Of a stretch of DNA of 64,000 nucleotides, positions 30,459 to 41,544 are shown in pieces. Origin of the DNA: an uncultured delta proteobacterium. Its GTDB lineage: Bacteria; Myxococcota_A; Polyangia; Polyangiales; B10-G4. Position 1 is the first letter of the stretch. Each line of letters begins with the position of its first letter. Where the stretch lies: contig CAVSGI010000010.1 in assembly GCA_963727445.1 (NCBI GenBank), forward strand, positions 160,001 to 224,000, in the 5' to 3' direction. Made by a program: the position numbers and the translations under genes. A model generated the notes under the pieces. That model saw only the letters and a list, made by a program, of their open reading frames with translations. It searched no databases and was not told where the DNA came from.

Positions 30459-31367
30459 ATGGTCGGTCGTCCGAGGGAGCGGGCTCCCCAGCGCATCGTG
30501 GTCCTGACCGCGGTGGCGAGCCTCATCCTCCTGGCTCTGCTGGGCGCCGTCTACCTGATGACGGACAGCTACCTCGCGCTCGCGCAGGCCGCCGACAGCT
30601 TCTCCGACGTCTTCACAGCCATCGCCTTCCTCGTCTCGATGCGGGTGTCGGCTCAGCCGCCCGACGAGGAGCACCCGATCGGGCACCACAGCGCCGAGCC
30701 CGTGGCGGCGCTCCTCGCCGCGATGATGGCGGGTGTCCTGTGCTTCGAGGTCATCCGCGGTGCCGTCGTCGACCTGATCGGAGGACACACCCCCGACCTG
30801 ACCTATCCCCTGCTCTGGGTCTTTCTCGCCAAGGTGATCGTCAAGACGGGCATCGCCCTCTACGCAGCGAAGGTGAACCGCGAAGCGCGGAGCCCGGCGC
30901 TCGGCGCGCTCGTCGTGGACGCCCGCAACGACGTGGCGGTGGGGCTCGTCGCCGTGGTCGGCTTCTTCGTCGCGCGGTCAGGCAGCCCGAGCTTGGATGC
31001 GTGGCTCGCATTGCCGGTGGCGGCCTGGGTCGGGTGGGCCGGCTTCTCTCTCGCGCGGGAGAACATCGGCTTCTTGATGGGAGAGGCGCCCGACGACGCC
31101 AGGCGCCGCGAGCTCCGAGACGTCGCGGCCTCGGTCGCGGGCGTGAAGTCGGTGCACGGCCTGCTGGCCCGTCATCATGGCGCCGAGCTCGACGTGCTGA
31201 TCCACGCGGTGGTCGATCCCGACCTGGAGCTGAAGGACGCACACGACATCGGGCACCGAGTCGAGCAGCGGCTCCTCGAAGAGCGGGACGTCTGTCACGC
31301 CGTGGTCCACGTGGACGTCAACCCTGCGGGCGACGACACGGGTGAGCTCCCTACCTCCGACGCGTGA
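30459..31367 (+). CDS. Cation diffusion facilitator (FieF-like) transporter
   Basis: ADSFSD, PPDEEHPIGH, DARND, and C-terminal AHDIG..VHVD. Confidence 0.92.
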   Translation: MVGRPRERAPQRIVVLTAVASLILLALLGAVYLMTDSYLALAQAADSFSDVFTAIAFLVSMRVSAQPPDEEHPIGHHSAEPVAALLAAMMAGVLCFEVIRGAVVDLIGGHTPDLTYPLLWVFLAKVIVKTGIALYAAKVNREARSPALGALVVDARNDVAVGLVAVVGFFVARSGSPSLDAWLALPVAAWVGWAGFSLARENIGFLMGEAPDDARRRELRDVAASVAGVKSVHGLLARHHGAELDVLIHAVVDPDLELKDAHDIGHRVEQRLLEERDVCHAVVHVDVNPAGDDTGELPTSDA

Positions 31368-31453
31368 GGACACACGACGAGCCGGGCACGCACTACCTGG
31401 TGATGAGTATGTCCACGGCTGCGCGCTCTCCGAGCTGCTGCGCACCTTGGCCC

Positions 31454-32821
31454 TCAGCGTATGCAGCGCACCGTCAGGGTGGCGCCCTTCCCGCCTTCCT
31501 GGACGCCCCCGCCGAAGCCGACGGTGACGGTGAAGGCCTCGGTGGCGTCGGCTGCGCTCGTGGTGGAGGTCCACGCCGGGAGGGAGGGAGCGTTCGGATA
31601 GAGCGCGGGGTCGAGCCCGGGCATTCGCGAGCTGTCGATCATGCTTCGCAGCTCCTTGACGTCCGGCAGGCGCCAATCGTCGAAGCCGCCCCAAGAGAGA
31701 GCATCGCAGTAGGCGAGGGCGTCTTGCCAGGTGGCTGGATCGCTGGCGCCTCCGGCGCAGTCGTCGCCGCTCTGACCGCGCGCACAGCCCTGATGCGTGC
31801 GACCGGTGACGTGATCGACCACCACGGGCTCGCCCGAGACGCTCGCGTCGCGCTCTCGCGCGAGGGCGGGGTAGGCGAACGCGGTGCTGGTGCGAACGCA
31901 GCGCACCGCGCCGGTGGTGGTCGGCTCGGTGACCGGGGTGATCACGCCCAGCTTTCCGTCGACGCCGGAGAAGGGCGCGATCCAGACCGCGTTCGTCCCG
32001 CCCGCCCAGCTCGTCGACGTGAAGTGCCGGAGCATGGGCGCGCCGGGGAAGGCGCTCGGCGTGACAGCAGCGGGTTCGCCGTAGTCCATGATCGAATGGC
32101 CTTCGAGGACATCCGGCAGGCGCCAGTCGTCGAAGCCGCCCCAAGAGAGCGCATCGCAGTAGGCGAGGGCCTCGCCCCATTGGACCTCCTCGGCGCTGCC
32201 CGTGGTGCAGTCGGACCCGCTCAGGCCGCGACTGCAACCCTGCCACGCGAGCCCCGTCACCTCGTCGACCACGACCGGTTCGCCGCTGACCGGCTCACTC
32301 CGGGTGAAGCGTGCGCTCATCGGATTGGAGGCGTCCCAGCCGTGCTCCGCGTCCTGGCTGCAGAACGAGGTGCAGCTCGCGCCCGCGCACGTCGTGGACG
32401 TCGTGTTCGAATAGCAGCTTCGCGAGCCCGTGTCGGCGAGGGTGAAGTTGGGGCCGGGAGGTGTGCACGACGCGTCACCGCATCCCGGCGAAACGCAGAC
32501 GCCGCCCACGCAGATGTCGTAATCGCGATCGGGCGTCGTCACCACAGTGCACGGCGTGAAGTCGGTTGCCCCGGTGCAATCCGTGGCGCCGCCATCGGGC
32601 ATCGCGTCTGGAGAAGCGTCCGCGACGGAGGTGTCGCCTGGAGTCGCATCTGCGTCTGCATCCGGCGACGCCGCGTCTGTGTCCGGCGGGGCTGCATCGG
32701 CATCCCGCGTCGCGTCCATGACAGCCGAATCCAGGGCGCCTGAATCCATCGCGGCGTCCGTGGCTCCATCGTCGCCGGAACACGCGAGGGCGAGGAGCGG
32801 CAAGGCGATCAACAGCCTCAC
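31454..32821 (-). CDS. Lipoprotein with two DUF1566 (Lcl, C-type lectin-like) domains
   Basis: LALAC lipobox. Two copies of D..TG..Q / W..ALAYCDALSWGGFDDWRLP / VRCxR. Confidence 0.88.
   Translation of the reverse strand: MRLLIALPLLALACSGDDGATDAAMDSGALDSAVMDATRDADAAPPDTDAASPDADADATPGDTSVADASPDAMPDGGATDCTGATDFTPCTVVTTPDRDYDICVGGVCVSPGCGDASCTPPGPNFTLADTGSRSCYSNTTSTTCAGASCTSFCSQDAEHGWDASNPMSARFTRSEPVSGEPVVVDEVTGLAWQGCSRGLSGSDCTTGSAEEVQWGEALAYCDALSWGGFDDWRLPDVLEGHSIMDYGEPAAVTPSAFPGAPMLRHFTSTSWAGGTNAVWIAPFSGVDGKLGVITPVTEPTTTGAVRCVRTSTAFAYPALARERDASVSGEPVVVDHVTGRTHQGCARGQSGDDCAGGASDPATWQDALAYCDALSWGGFDDWRLPDVKELRSMIDSSRMPGLDPALYPNAPSLPAWTSTTSAADATEAFTVTVGFGGGVQEGGKGATLTVRCIR
31662..32170. repeat. 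59-bp near-identical intragenic direct repeat (31662-31720 and 32112-32170)
   Basis: 57/59 identical, 450 bp apart. Both differences are synonymous. Confidence 0.9.
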
Positions 32822-32889
32822 GGCAGCTTCTCTTTCTCGTCGTCTGCCATGACGCGATTCTACCCGAGGAGTCGCGCGGCCCGCGCCAA

Positions 32890-33738
32890 ATGCCGTATCC
32901 TGATTTGGTAGTGTTTCGCTCATCCGCTGCCGGGCGGCCTCTCGCTTTCGCCATGTGTCTGCTACTCGCAGGCTGCAGCGTCGACACATGGGCGATCGGT
33001 GGTGAAGCCGACGCAGCGAGGCCGCCCGACAGCTCGGTTCGGCGAGGAGACGGAGGCGTCGACGCCGACGCCGTAGCGGCCGACACGAGCCCTCTCGATG
33101 CGTCCGTCCCCGATGCGGCCTCCGTCGACTCGGCCGCGGACGCGGATGCCTTCGACGCCGGGCCTTCGTTCTGTGAAGAAGGCGCGCCCGTGCTCTGCGT
33201 GCGCTTCGAAGACTCCCTCGTCGACGAGTCCGCCGCCGGTCACGCCTTCCGCGCGTCCGGCCTCACCTACGCTACCGGCCGGGTCGGCCAGGCCGGGGCC
33301 TTCGGCTCTGGCGTGGAGGTGTGGATCGAGCAGGAGGGGGACCTGACGGGGGAGCCGCTGACCATCGAGCTCTTCCTGATGCCCGCGTCTCTTCCCGACA
33401 GTGGCCGCGAGGGCCTCTGGGACATCGGCGGACAGCACAGCGCCTGGGTCCACCCCGATGCCACCGTCGCGTGCCGGTCGATCTCCATCGGCGGCGCGCT
33501 CACCGTCGGGACCTGGACCCACCTGGCCTGTGTCTTCGACGGCGATTCTTCGAAGCTCTACGTCGACGGAGTGCTCGCGGCGACGGGCACGTCCTCGCCG
33601 GGGACGCCCGGTCCTGGAGACATCCGCGTCGGCGCCAACGCCCCGGACGGCGACTTCTTCGACGGCCGCATCGACGAGATGCGCATCTTCCGCGGCGTGC
33701 GATCGGCGGAGGAGATCGCCGCGGCCGCGGCACGCTGA
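32890..33738 (+). CDS. LamG/concanavalin-like domain lipoprotein
   Basis: LLAGC lipobox, WTHLACVFDG..LYVDG, FDGRIDEMRIF. Start may be at 32911 or later. Confidence 0.88.
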   Translation: MPYPDLVVFRSSAAGRPLAFAMCLLLAGCSVDTWAIGGEADAARPPDSSVRRGDGGVDADAVAADTSPLDASVPDAASVDSAADADAFDAGPSFCEEGAPVLCVRFEDSLVDESAAGHAFRASGLTYATGRVGQAGAFGSGVEVWIEQEGDLTGEPLTIELFLMPASLPDSGREGLWDIGGQHSAWVHPDATVACRSISIGGALTVGTWTHLACVFDGDSSKLYVDGVLAATGTSSPGTPGPGDIRVGANAPDGDFFDGRIDEMRIFRGVRSAEEIAAAAAR

Positions 33739-33743
33739 AAGGC

Positions 33744-36700
33744 TCAGAAGCCGTAACGGTCGCGCAGCTTCTCGTCCATCCGCCGCACGAGATCGAGGAG
33801 CTGGATGATGTGCTCGTGCATCTCCTTGGCGTCCTCGAGGTTCGCCGAGGTGGACTGGACGAGAGGCATGATGGTGTCGCGCATGATTTCGATCTGGCGG
33901 GCCAGGGTGGCCTCGTTCACGCCGGGGCCTGGCGCGCCACCGCCGCCGCCAGTTCCGCCGCCGCCACCTGCGACCGCCATCGGCGGCGCTTCGACCTTCA
34001 CCTCGACGTGCGGATTGGCCAGGCGCTCGAGGGCGGCCTGAAGGGCGGCGAGCTGCGGCGCGATGGTCTTGGCGAGCGCGTCGCCACCGGCGCCGCGCGT
34101 AGACTGAGCCTGCGCGAGCGCCGTCGCCTCGGCTCGCCTCGCGTCCGCCTCGGCCTTGCGCGCTTCGGCCTCGGACGCCGACTGCGATTGGGCGTGCTGC
34201 GCGGCGCGGTCCGCCGCCGCGAGCAGCGTGTCCCGGATGCCTTCGAGCTCGCGTCCCAGGCCGCCGAGCGTCCCGGTGACCCGCGTGACCGGGTCGTCGT
34301 CGCCGCCGCCCCTGCGTCTTGAGGCGCCCGAACTCCTTCTTGATGCTCTCCCAGCGCGCCGCGCTGCTCGTCGCTCATGCGTGCCGCGCAGCTCGGCGAG
34401 CTTGAGCAGGTTCGGCTCGGCGCCGGTGGTCAGCGTCTGCGCCTCGCCCACGTAGTGGTCGTCGATGAGCGCCTCGAGCTCCTCGTCGTTCATCGCCGGC
34501 ACGACCTTCTCGGCCAGCTTGTTCATGTTGCGGTAGCTGCCCTGCAGCTTGAAGGGCGGCTCGGTGCGGTACGCGTCGTCCTGCGAGGCCGAGCGCGATG
34601 TACTGCTGCGTTGACCGCGAGCAGCACCTCGCGGCACGCGGAACAGGTGCTGCGAAGACGCGCGATCATCTCCTGCAGCTCGACCGCGGAGTAGCCGTAG
34701 CGACAGCTCGGTGGTCGGGATCTCCTCGCCCTGCGCCATGCGCACGAGCTTGTAGACGTCGGCCTGCTCGCGGCGTCGCGAGCGGCGCGAGCACCGGGTT
34801 CGAGGTGAGCGCGTTCTCGATGTAGCTCAGCGCGAAGACGTCGTCCTTGCCCGCCGAGGATGTCGCCGAGGTTGTAGGTGTCGGCGCGGTTGGCGAGCAT
34901 GTCGGGGATCTGGAACTTCTCGCCGCTCTCGGTGTAGGGGTTGCCGGCCATCACCACGCAGAACTTCTTGCCGCGCAGGTCGTAGGTGCGGGTCCGCCCC
35001 TTCCAGACGCCCTCGATCCGGCGCTGGGCGTCGCAGAGCGAGATGAACTTCTGCAGCAACTCGGGGTGGGTGTGCTGGATGTCGTCGAGGTAGAGCATCA
35101 CGTTGTTGCCCATCTCGAAGCGCGAGGTTGATCTTCTCGACCTCCTGGCGCGCCGTGGCGTTGGGCGCCTCGGCCGGATCGAGCGAGTGCACCGCGTGGC
35201 CGAGCGCCGGGCCCGTTGACCTTCATGAAGACCAGGCCCAGGCGGTTGGCGATGTACTCCATCAGCGTCGTCTTGCCGTAGCCGGGCGGCGAGATGAGCA
35301 GCAGCAGGCCCATCAGGTCGGTGCGCTTGCTGCTCGCCGGCGGCGCCGATCTGCTTGGCGAGGTTGTCGCCGATCATCGGCAGGTAGACGTCGTTGATCA
35401 GCTTGTTGCGCACGAACGACGTCAGCACCCGCGGCTTGAACTCGTCGAGGCGCAGGCGTCGCGCTCGCGCTCGAGCAGGGCGTGGCGCACGTCGCGGTAG
35501 GCGCGATAGCCGGGCACCCGGCGGTGCGACGAAGTCGCTCGAGCCGCTCGAGGAACTCGTCGAGGCGCAGCTTCATCGTGCGGCTCGTGGATGCGCGGGT
35601 GCTGCCCGAGCAGCCCGGTCACCTCGGCGCTGGGTCAGCGCCTGGCTCACGTCGCGCTCGAGCGTTCGACCGCCGGCGGCTCCGATGACCGCCAGGGCCG
35701 CCGCCTCATGCTGGCGAGGGCGCAGGTCCGGCCTCGACCGCGGCGTGGGCGAGGTGGTCGAGCTCTTCGTTCTTCGTGCGCTCGACGAAGGCGCGGAGCC
35801 AGGCGATGACGACGGCCGCCTGGGCGCGCGGCGCGTCCTCGAGGGAACGCAGGTCCTCGTCGAAGGCGCGGCGCGTCCCCGCGACCTCGAGGTCGGCGAA
35901 GAGCGCGTCGCGCAGCTTCGCCGCCTCGGCGCTGGTGGTGAAGCGCGGCTGATCCGCCATCAGCTCCTCGACCAGGTAGCGGCCCGCGAGCCGGGCTTCG
36001 CCGTCGGTGTGGGGGATGCCGTGGCGCTCGGCGAACTCGGCGATCGATCGTCGCGAGCTCGTCGGCCAGATCGCGCGAGGCGCCCGTGGGCCCGAAGCTC
36101 GCGCGCAGGCGCCCGAGGCTCATGGCGCGGCGGTGGAGGTTCGCTTGCACGACTCGGTTCCGGGCCTCGCCGCTCCGGCGCCTGGCCGTCCTCGAGCGCG
36201 CCCAGAACAGGCAGGCGAGGGCGCGCGGCGTCGCCGGGTAAGCGCAGCAGGCCCGCCGAGTCGCGGCAGCGCCAGGAGCTTCTCGAGGATCAGCGCCGCG
36301 TCGGCGTCGTGGACGCCGCGGTCGTAGCCCTCGTCGTAGCGCGAGCCGCGTACCTGCGCACCAGGTCGAGCAGCCGTCCTCCTCACGCTCGGCCTCGTGC
36401 AGGGCCTCGATGGCAGAGCCCGCCTTCGCCGCGTCTCCGCGTCGAAGAGGATGCGACGCCGCCAGGTACTCGCCGCGGTAGACCTCCTCGGTCTCGGAGA
36501 CGAGCTGCTGGGACCAGTACTCGCGGGTGCCTGGCGAACTCCTCGTCGTCGATCGTCTCGTAGAAGTCGGTGCCCGCGAGGTGCAGCGCCATCGTCTCGC
36601 CGCGCGGCAGCATCGATCAGCTCGAGCGGCTGGGTGTTACGGTGAAGCGGTGCTGGCCGAGCTTGATGAGGGTCGCCCTCCTCGAACAGGTCGAGCTTGT

Positions 36701-39268
36701 CGCGCAGGCCGCGCAGCGCGTCCTGGCGCGCCGACTTGAGCCTGCGCTACGACCTCGTCGGCCTTCACCGCGTCGCCCAGCTCGCGCAGCTGCTCGGCGA
36801 TCTGCCGCGCAGCTTGAGGACCATCGGGTCCGAGGCGAAGTAGGCGTTGAGCTCGTCCTGGTCTGTCGAAGGTCTGCGAGCGACGCCCGACGCCGTCGAG
36901 GATCCGGTCGGCCGGCGCGAGCGAGCGTGCCGCGCGCGGCGCTGGCGCGCGTCGAGCAGCTGCTGCTTCTTGGCGCTGAAGGCGTCGTAGATCTCCTCGC
37001 GCTTGGTGGCGAGGTCGCCGAGGAACTCGTCGAACTCACTGAAGCGCGCCTCGAGCTCCTCGAGCTGCACCATCAGGCGCGAGAGCTGCTCGTCGCACTT
37101 CTCCGGCGTGTCGGCCAGCGCGAGGCCGAGCTCGCACCGCCTGGCCGAACAGCTTGAACTGGGCTGCGAACTCGGCCTGGCCCTCGGACCGATCAGCTCC
37201 TTGCGTCGCCCCGTCGAGGGTCGCGCGGACGCGGTTGAGGTGGCCGAAGACCTCGCTGATGCCCTCGAGGATGCGCGTGCGCGCGGTCGGGTCGTCGACC
37301 TGCAGGCCCTGCGACGACCTCGCTGAGCACGTCGAGCCCTTCGGCCGTCGCGTCGAGGTGCTCCACGAGCGGCTGGCATCTCGGTGACTGTCTTCATCGT
37401 CCTCGCTGCCGAGCATGCGCGTCGAGCTCGCCGGTGATGGGCGCGAGCGCGTCGTCGCCCAGCAGGAACTCGACGTGCACTTCGGGCTGAGGCGGTCGAA
37501 GTGCCCGACCGCCTCTTCCTCGAGCGCGTCGAGGGCCGCCACGTCGATGTAGCGCATCTCCTTGAGGCTGATGAGCTGCCCGCGCTGGTTGCGCAGGGAG
37601 GTCAGCGCCTCCATGAAGGCGTCGATGTTGGTCGAGCTCCTCGTCGCCGGAGGCTCGCCACCAGCTCGATCTGCGCCTCCTCGGCGCCCTGGAGCTCCTC
37701 GGCCGCGCGCTTGCGCATGGCGAGGACCTTCTCGAACTCGTCGACGATGAGCTCGGCGGTGCGGCGCAGCTCCTCGAGGGCGGGCTGAGGTCCCGCCTCT
37801 GCGTTGCCGAGCCAGTAGTAGGCGTCGAGGGTGCGGGTGACGGTCGCGATCAGGTCTTCGTAGATCTGCCGCGCCGGGCTCGGCGTCCTGGATCAGCCGG
37901 CGCACGGTGAAGCAGTCGCGGATGCCGCGCACCAGCTCGGCGTTGCCGACCTTGGCGAGGAAGGAGCCGTCGGTGGGCGCCTCGGCGGCGAACTGCGCGC
38001 TGGTGAACGGCGTCTGCCACACCTGCATGGGGTGGACCCGGCTCGGCCTCGTCCTGCGCGCGGAAGACCACCATCTTGCCGTCGTCGAAGAGCCTGTAGC
38101 CGTGGCAGCGGATCGGCGTCGAGACCTCCTGGCGGATCAGGTTGTAGGGCAGGAGCTGGTAGAGCCCGTCGTCCCGCCGGTGGAAGACGTAGAGGACGTC
38201 CTCGCCGTTGGGGCTCCGGACGACCTTCTCGAGGAGCAGGCCTGCGAAGTCGCCGTCGAAGATCTTGTGCTCGCCGGTCTCCAGCAGGAAACCGCCGGGG
38301 AAGATGAGGCCGTGGTCCTCGGGAAGGCTCTGGCACGCCTGCGCCATCGCATCGATCTGCGTGACCGACTCGTTCCGCGGGTTGAAGACCAGGTAGCGCC
38401 AGCGCTCCTCGCGGAAGGGCAGGATCTTGAGCAGGATCAGGTTGCCGACCTTGGCGTAGAAGATCTCGGCGTCGTCGAGGGTCTGGTTGGCGTCGTCGAC
38501 CGGCTCCGCGTAGATGCCGCGCCCGGTCTCGGTGTTGTTCTCGACCTTGATGGTCAGGTCGCCGCCGGTGGTCTCGACGAAGATCTGATCGAGGATCGAC
38601 AGGTGCGGGTAGCGGCCCGGGACCTGGTCGTTTCGCGTGACGGTCACCCACTCGAAGTCGAAGGGCCGCGGAAAGGTGTACTCCTCGTGTCCCCGCGCAT
38701 CCATGAACTGGACGCTGCCGTCGGGGTTGACGCGCCAGCGCAGGACCTTGATCTCGTCGATGGTGTGGCCGGTCTGGAAGACCGCGAGAACGCGCGTCTC
38801 GGTGCAGCGCATCGAGAGCAGGCGCGCGTCCTTGAAGTACTTGAAGATGTCGCCGAACTCCTTCTGGAGCTCGGGATCGACGAGCCAGGGCGCGGCCGAT
38901 GCCTTGTCGAGAGCGCTCAGATCGAGGCCCTGACCGTTGCCGCCGATGGAGTGGATGGAGAAGACGTCGTCGATGGACGTCTCCTTCTTCAGGCCGATGA
39001 AGACGTTGTAGCCGACGAGGAGCTTGCCGGCGACGTTGACGGTGTCGCGCGGAACGCAGTTGTTCTCGGTGCGGATCCGCTCGTTGGCGATCACCGCCAA
39101 CTCGGTCCCGCCGAAGACCTCCTTGCGGCGGGCGTTCAGCGCGTCGATGCGCTGCCCGAGGACCTTCGACTGATCGACCAGCCGGGTCCGGATGACCTCG
39201 TAGTTTCCCCCCGCGGCGAGAGCCTCGCCCTCGCCGGTCGCCTCTGCCGCGGTGGCCTGCTCACTCAT
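33744..39268 (-). CDS. Very large AAA+ ATPase ('DNA repair ATPase', DUF3686-type N-terminus), about 1800 aa, many frameshifts
   Basis: GGNYEVIRTRL..RTENNCVPRD N-terminus. Walker A LLLISPPGYGKTTLMEY (~35280), Walker B MLYLDDIQH, MAGNPYTESG..PDMLANRAD, TEPPFKLQGSYRNMNK. Pieces are spread over several frames. Confidence 0.85.
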
Positions 39269-39289
39269 CTTCGTGGTCTCTGTCGACCC

Positions 39290-41371
39290 TTACTCGAGGC
39301 CCATGTCTTTCGCCCGATCGATGAGCTTCTCCAGCTTCTCGCGCGTGACACCGTCGGCGCCGCTCATGAACTTCGACAGGGCGGCGCTGACCGTGAGGTT
39401 GCGAATGGCGGTGGAGTCCATCGAAGGACGGCTGAGGATCTCCCGGAGGTCCCCGGTGAAGCTGCCGTTGCCCGAGAGGTACTCGGAGAGGAGCTTCTTG
39501 ATGGTGTCCGAGTTGTCGATCATGCCGTCGGCGCTCTGGCCGAGGCTGACCGCCTTGACGAACCTGTCGAAGAAGTCGCCATCGCCGCCGACGATGTTGA
39601 TCTTCGCGCTCTCCATCGCCTTGCCCATGACCGAGGCCTGGGCGTGGGCGATGTCTTTGCGCATCTCGATCTGCGCGAGCTCGACCTGCTTCTCCTTGTC
39701 GAGGGCGATGCGGTACTCCTCGTGCTCGCGCCCGACGCCGTCGAGGGCCTTCATGGCGGTGGCCTTCTCGTGAAGGCCGGCCGCCTCGGCGCTCAGCTTC
39801 TTCTCGATGGCGACGGACTCGGCGAGGCCGGTCTGCTCGATGGCCTTGGCGAGCGCTTCCTTGACCCGCGCATCGGCCAGGCCCTGCTCCTCCTGGCCCT
39901 TCGCTTCGGCGAGCATCTTCTCGCGGGCGACGTTCGCCTCGGCGAGGCCCTGCTTCTGCAGGGCGTCGGCGTCGGCTTCGCGGACCTTCACCTTCGCGAG
40001 GCCCTCGGCTGCGTGGGTGGCCTGCTTGCCTTCGGCGATGCGCATCTCCCCCCGCGCCGACTTGTCGGCGACCTCGAGGTCGGCCTCGGCGATGGTGAGC
40101 TTCTCCTTGGCGAGGAGCTTCGCGGCCTGCTCCCGCGCCTCGGCGACCTTCACCTGCTTGATCAGCGCTTCTTGCGCCTCGGCCTCGGCGTTGATGACCT
40201 TGGCCTGGCGGTTACGCTCCGCCTCCTGGACGAGGCGCACTGCCTTGATGCGCTCTTCCTCTTCGGCGACCGTCTTCTCGACGGCGACGCGGCCGCGGAC
40301 CACGTCGGCGATCTCCTTCTTCTGGACCTCGACTTCCTTGTCCTTGGCGATGCGGCCGAGCTCGGTCTCGCGCTCGCGGGCGATCTGCTCGAGGGCGCGT
40401 GCCTTTTCGACGCGCTCGGTCTCGACGGCGATCTCGCGCTCCTTGTTCTTCTGGGCGACGGCGATGCCGCGGAGCTTGGCCTCGCCGGCGACGGCGACCT
40501 CCTCCTCGAGCTTCTGCCGCTGCATCATCGTGTCGCGATGCTCGCGGTCGCTGACGCGGATCGCCTCGTTTTCCTGCTGCGCTTTGACGGAGGCGATCTC
40601 CTTGTCCTTCTTCGCCGCGGCCTCGGCGCGCTGCTCGTCGAACTTGAAGACCGCTTCGTCGGCCTTCAGGTTCTGAAGGCCGATGTCCATGCGCTCCTGC
40701 TGCTTCTTGTCGTTCGTCTGAACGTGCTCGAGCGCGGTGATCTGGGTGATCTTCTTGATGCCCTCGGCGTCGAGGATGTTGTTGTCGTCGAGCAGCTCGA
40801 TCGGCGTCTGCTCGAGGTAGTCGATCGCCGTGTCCTCGAGCGTGAAGCCGTTCAGGTCGTCGCCGATGACGCCCATGATTTTGTTCCGGAACTCGACGCG
40901 CTTGTCGTAGAGCTCGATGAAGTCGAAGGCCTTGCCGGCGGTCTTCAGCGCTTCGGAGAACTTCGCGTTGAAGAGGTTCTCGATCGTCGCGAGGTCCGAT
41001 GCTCGCGCGCAGCCGATGAGGTTCGCCACCTGCAAGACGTCCGGCTCGTTCTTCTCGATCTTCACGAAGAAGGTGACCGAGATGTCGGCGCGGATGTTGT
41101 CCTTGCAGATCAGGCCGTCCTTGCCGCGACGATCGATCTCGATCGTCTTGAGTGAGACGTCCATCAGCTCGGCGCGGTTGATGACCGGAAGAACGACTCC
41201 GCCGGTGAAGGTGACCCGGGCCGGCCCCTTGAACGGGTTGATCACCAGCGCGTGGTCCTGGTCGATCTTCCGGTAGAAACGCGCGAGGAGCGCGAGGCCG
41301 CCGAAGATGATGATGAGCCCCGCTGCGACGAAGCCGCCGATCGCGATGAGATTCGATGGATCCATGGTCAC
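39290..41371 (-). CDS. Flotillin/SPFH family protein (YqiK-like) with long coiled coil
   Basis: N-terminal TM, GLICKDNIRADI..FFV, AKFSEALKT, LDAEGI, EA/AE-rich coiled coil, IVGGDGDFF. Confidence 0.9.
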   Translation of the reverse strand: MTMDPSNLIAIGGFVAAGLIIIFGGLALLARFYRKIDQDHALVINPFKGPARVTFTGGVVLPVINRAELMDVSLKTIEIDRRGKDGLICKDNIRADISVTFFVKIEKNEPDVLQVANLIGCARASDLATIENLFNAKFSEALKTAGKAFDFIELYDKRVEFRNKIMGVIGDDLNGFTLEDTAIDYLEQTPIELLDDNNILDAEGIKKITQITALEHVQTNDKKQQERMDIGLQNLKADEAVFKFDEQRAEAAAKKDKEIASVKAQQENEAIRVSDREHRDTMMQRQKLEEEVAVAGEAKLRGIAVAQKNKEREIAVETERVEKARALEQIARERETELGRIAKDKEVEVQKKEIADVVRGRVAVEKTVAEEEERIKAVRLVQEAERNRQAKVINAEAEAQEALIKQVKVAEAREQAAKLLAKEKLTIAEADLEVADKSARGEMRIAEGKQATHAAEGLAKVKVREADADALQKQGLAEANVAREKMLAEAKGQEEQGLADARVKEALAKAIEQTGLAESVAIEKKLSAEAAGLHEKATAMKALDGVGREHEEYRIALDKEKQVELAQIEMRKDIAHAQASVMGKAMESAKINIVGGDGDFFDRFVKAVSLGQSADGMIDNSDTIKKLLSEYLSGNGSFTGDLREILSRPSMDSTAIRNLTVSAALSKFMSGADGVTREKLEKLIDRAKDMGLE

Positions 41372-41544
41372 TCCCTGACGCGGGGGACCCCACCGGCCCC
41401 CCGAAGGACCTGCGGATCTACATGAGATCGGGTCTGGCTGTCATCCGGTCTGAGCCGGCACGGAGGAGGTAGGCCAAAAGCGGCCCACAATTGGCATTGA
41501 GGACCCTCACGTCGGCGCGGGCGGGGTCGCCTAGACTCGTGGGC

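Noticed and set aside
31454..32821. DGR template/variable repeat pair in the DUF1566 gene
   Set aside because: Both copies are in-frame within one gene, the two differences are synonymous and not at coding-strand adenines, and there is no reverse transcriptase in the window.
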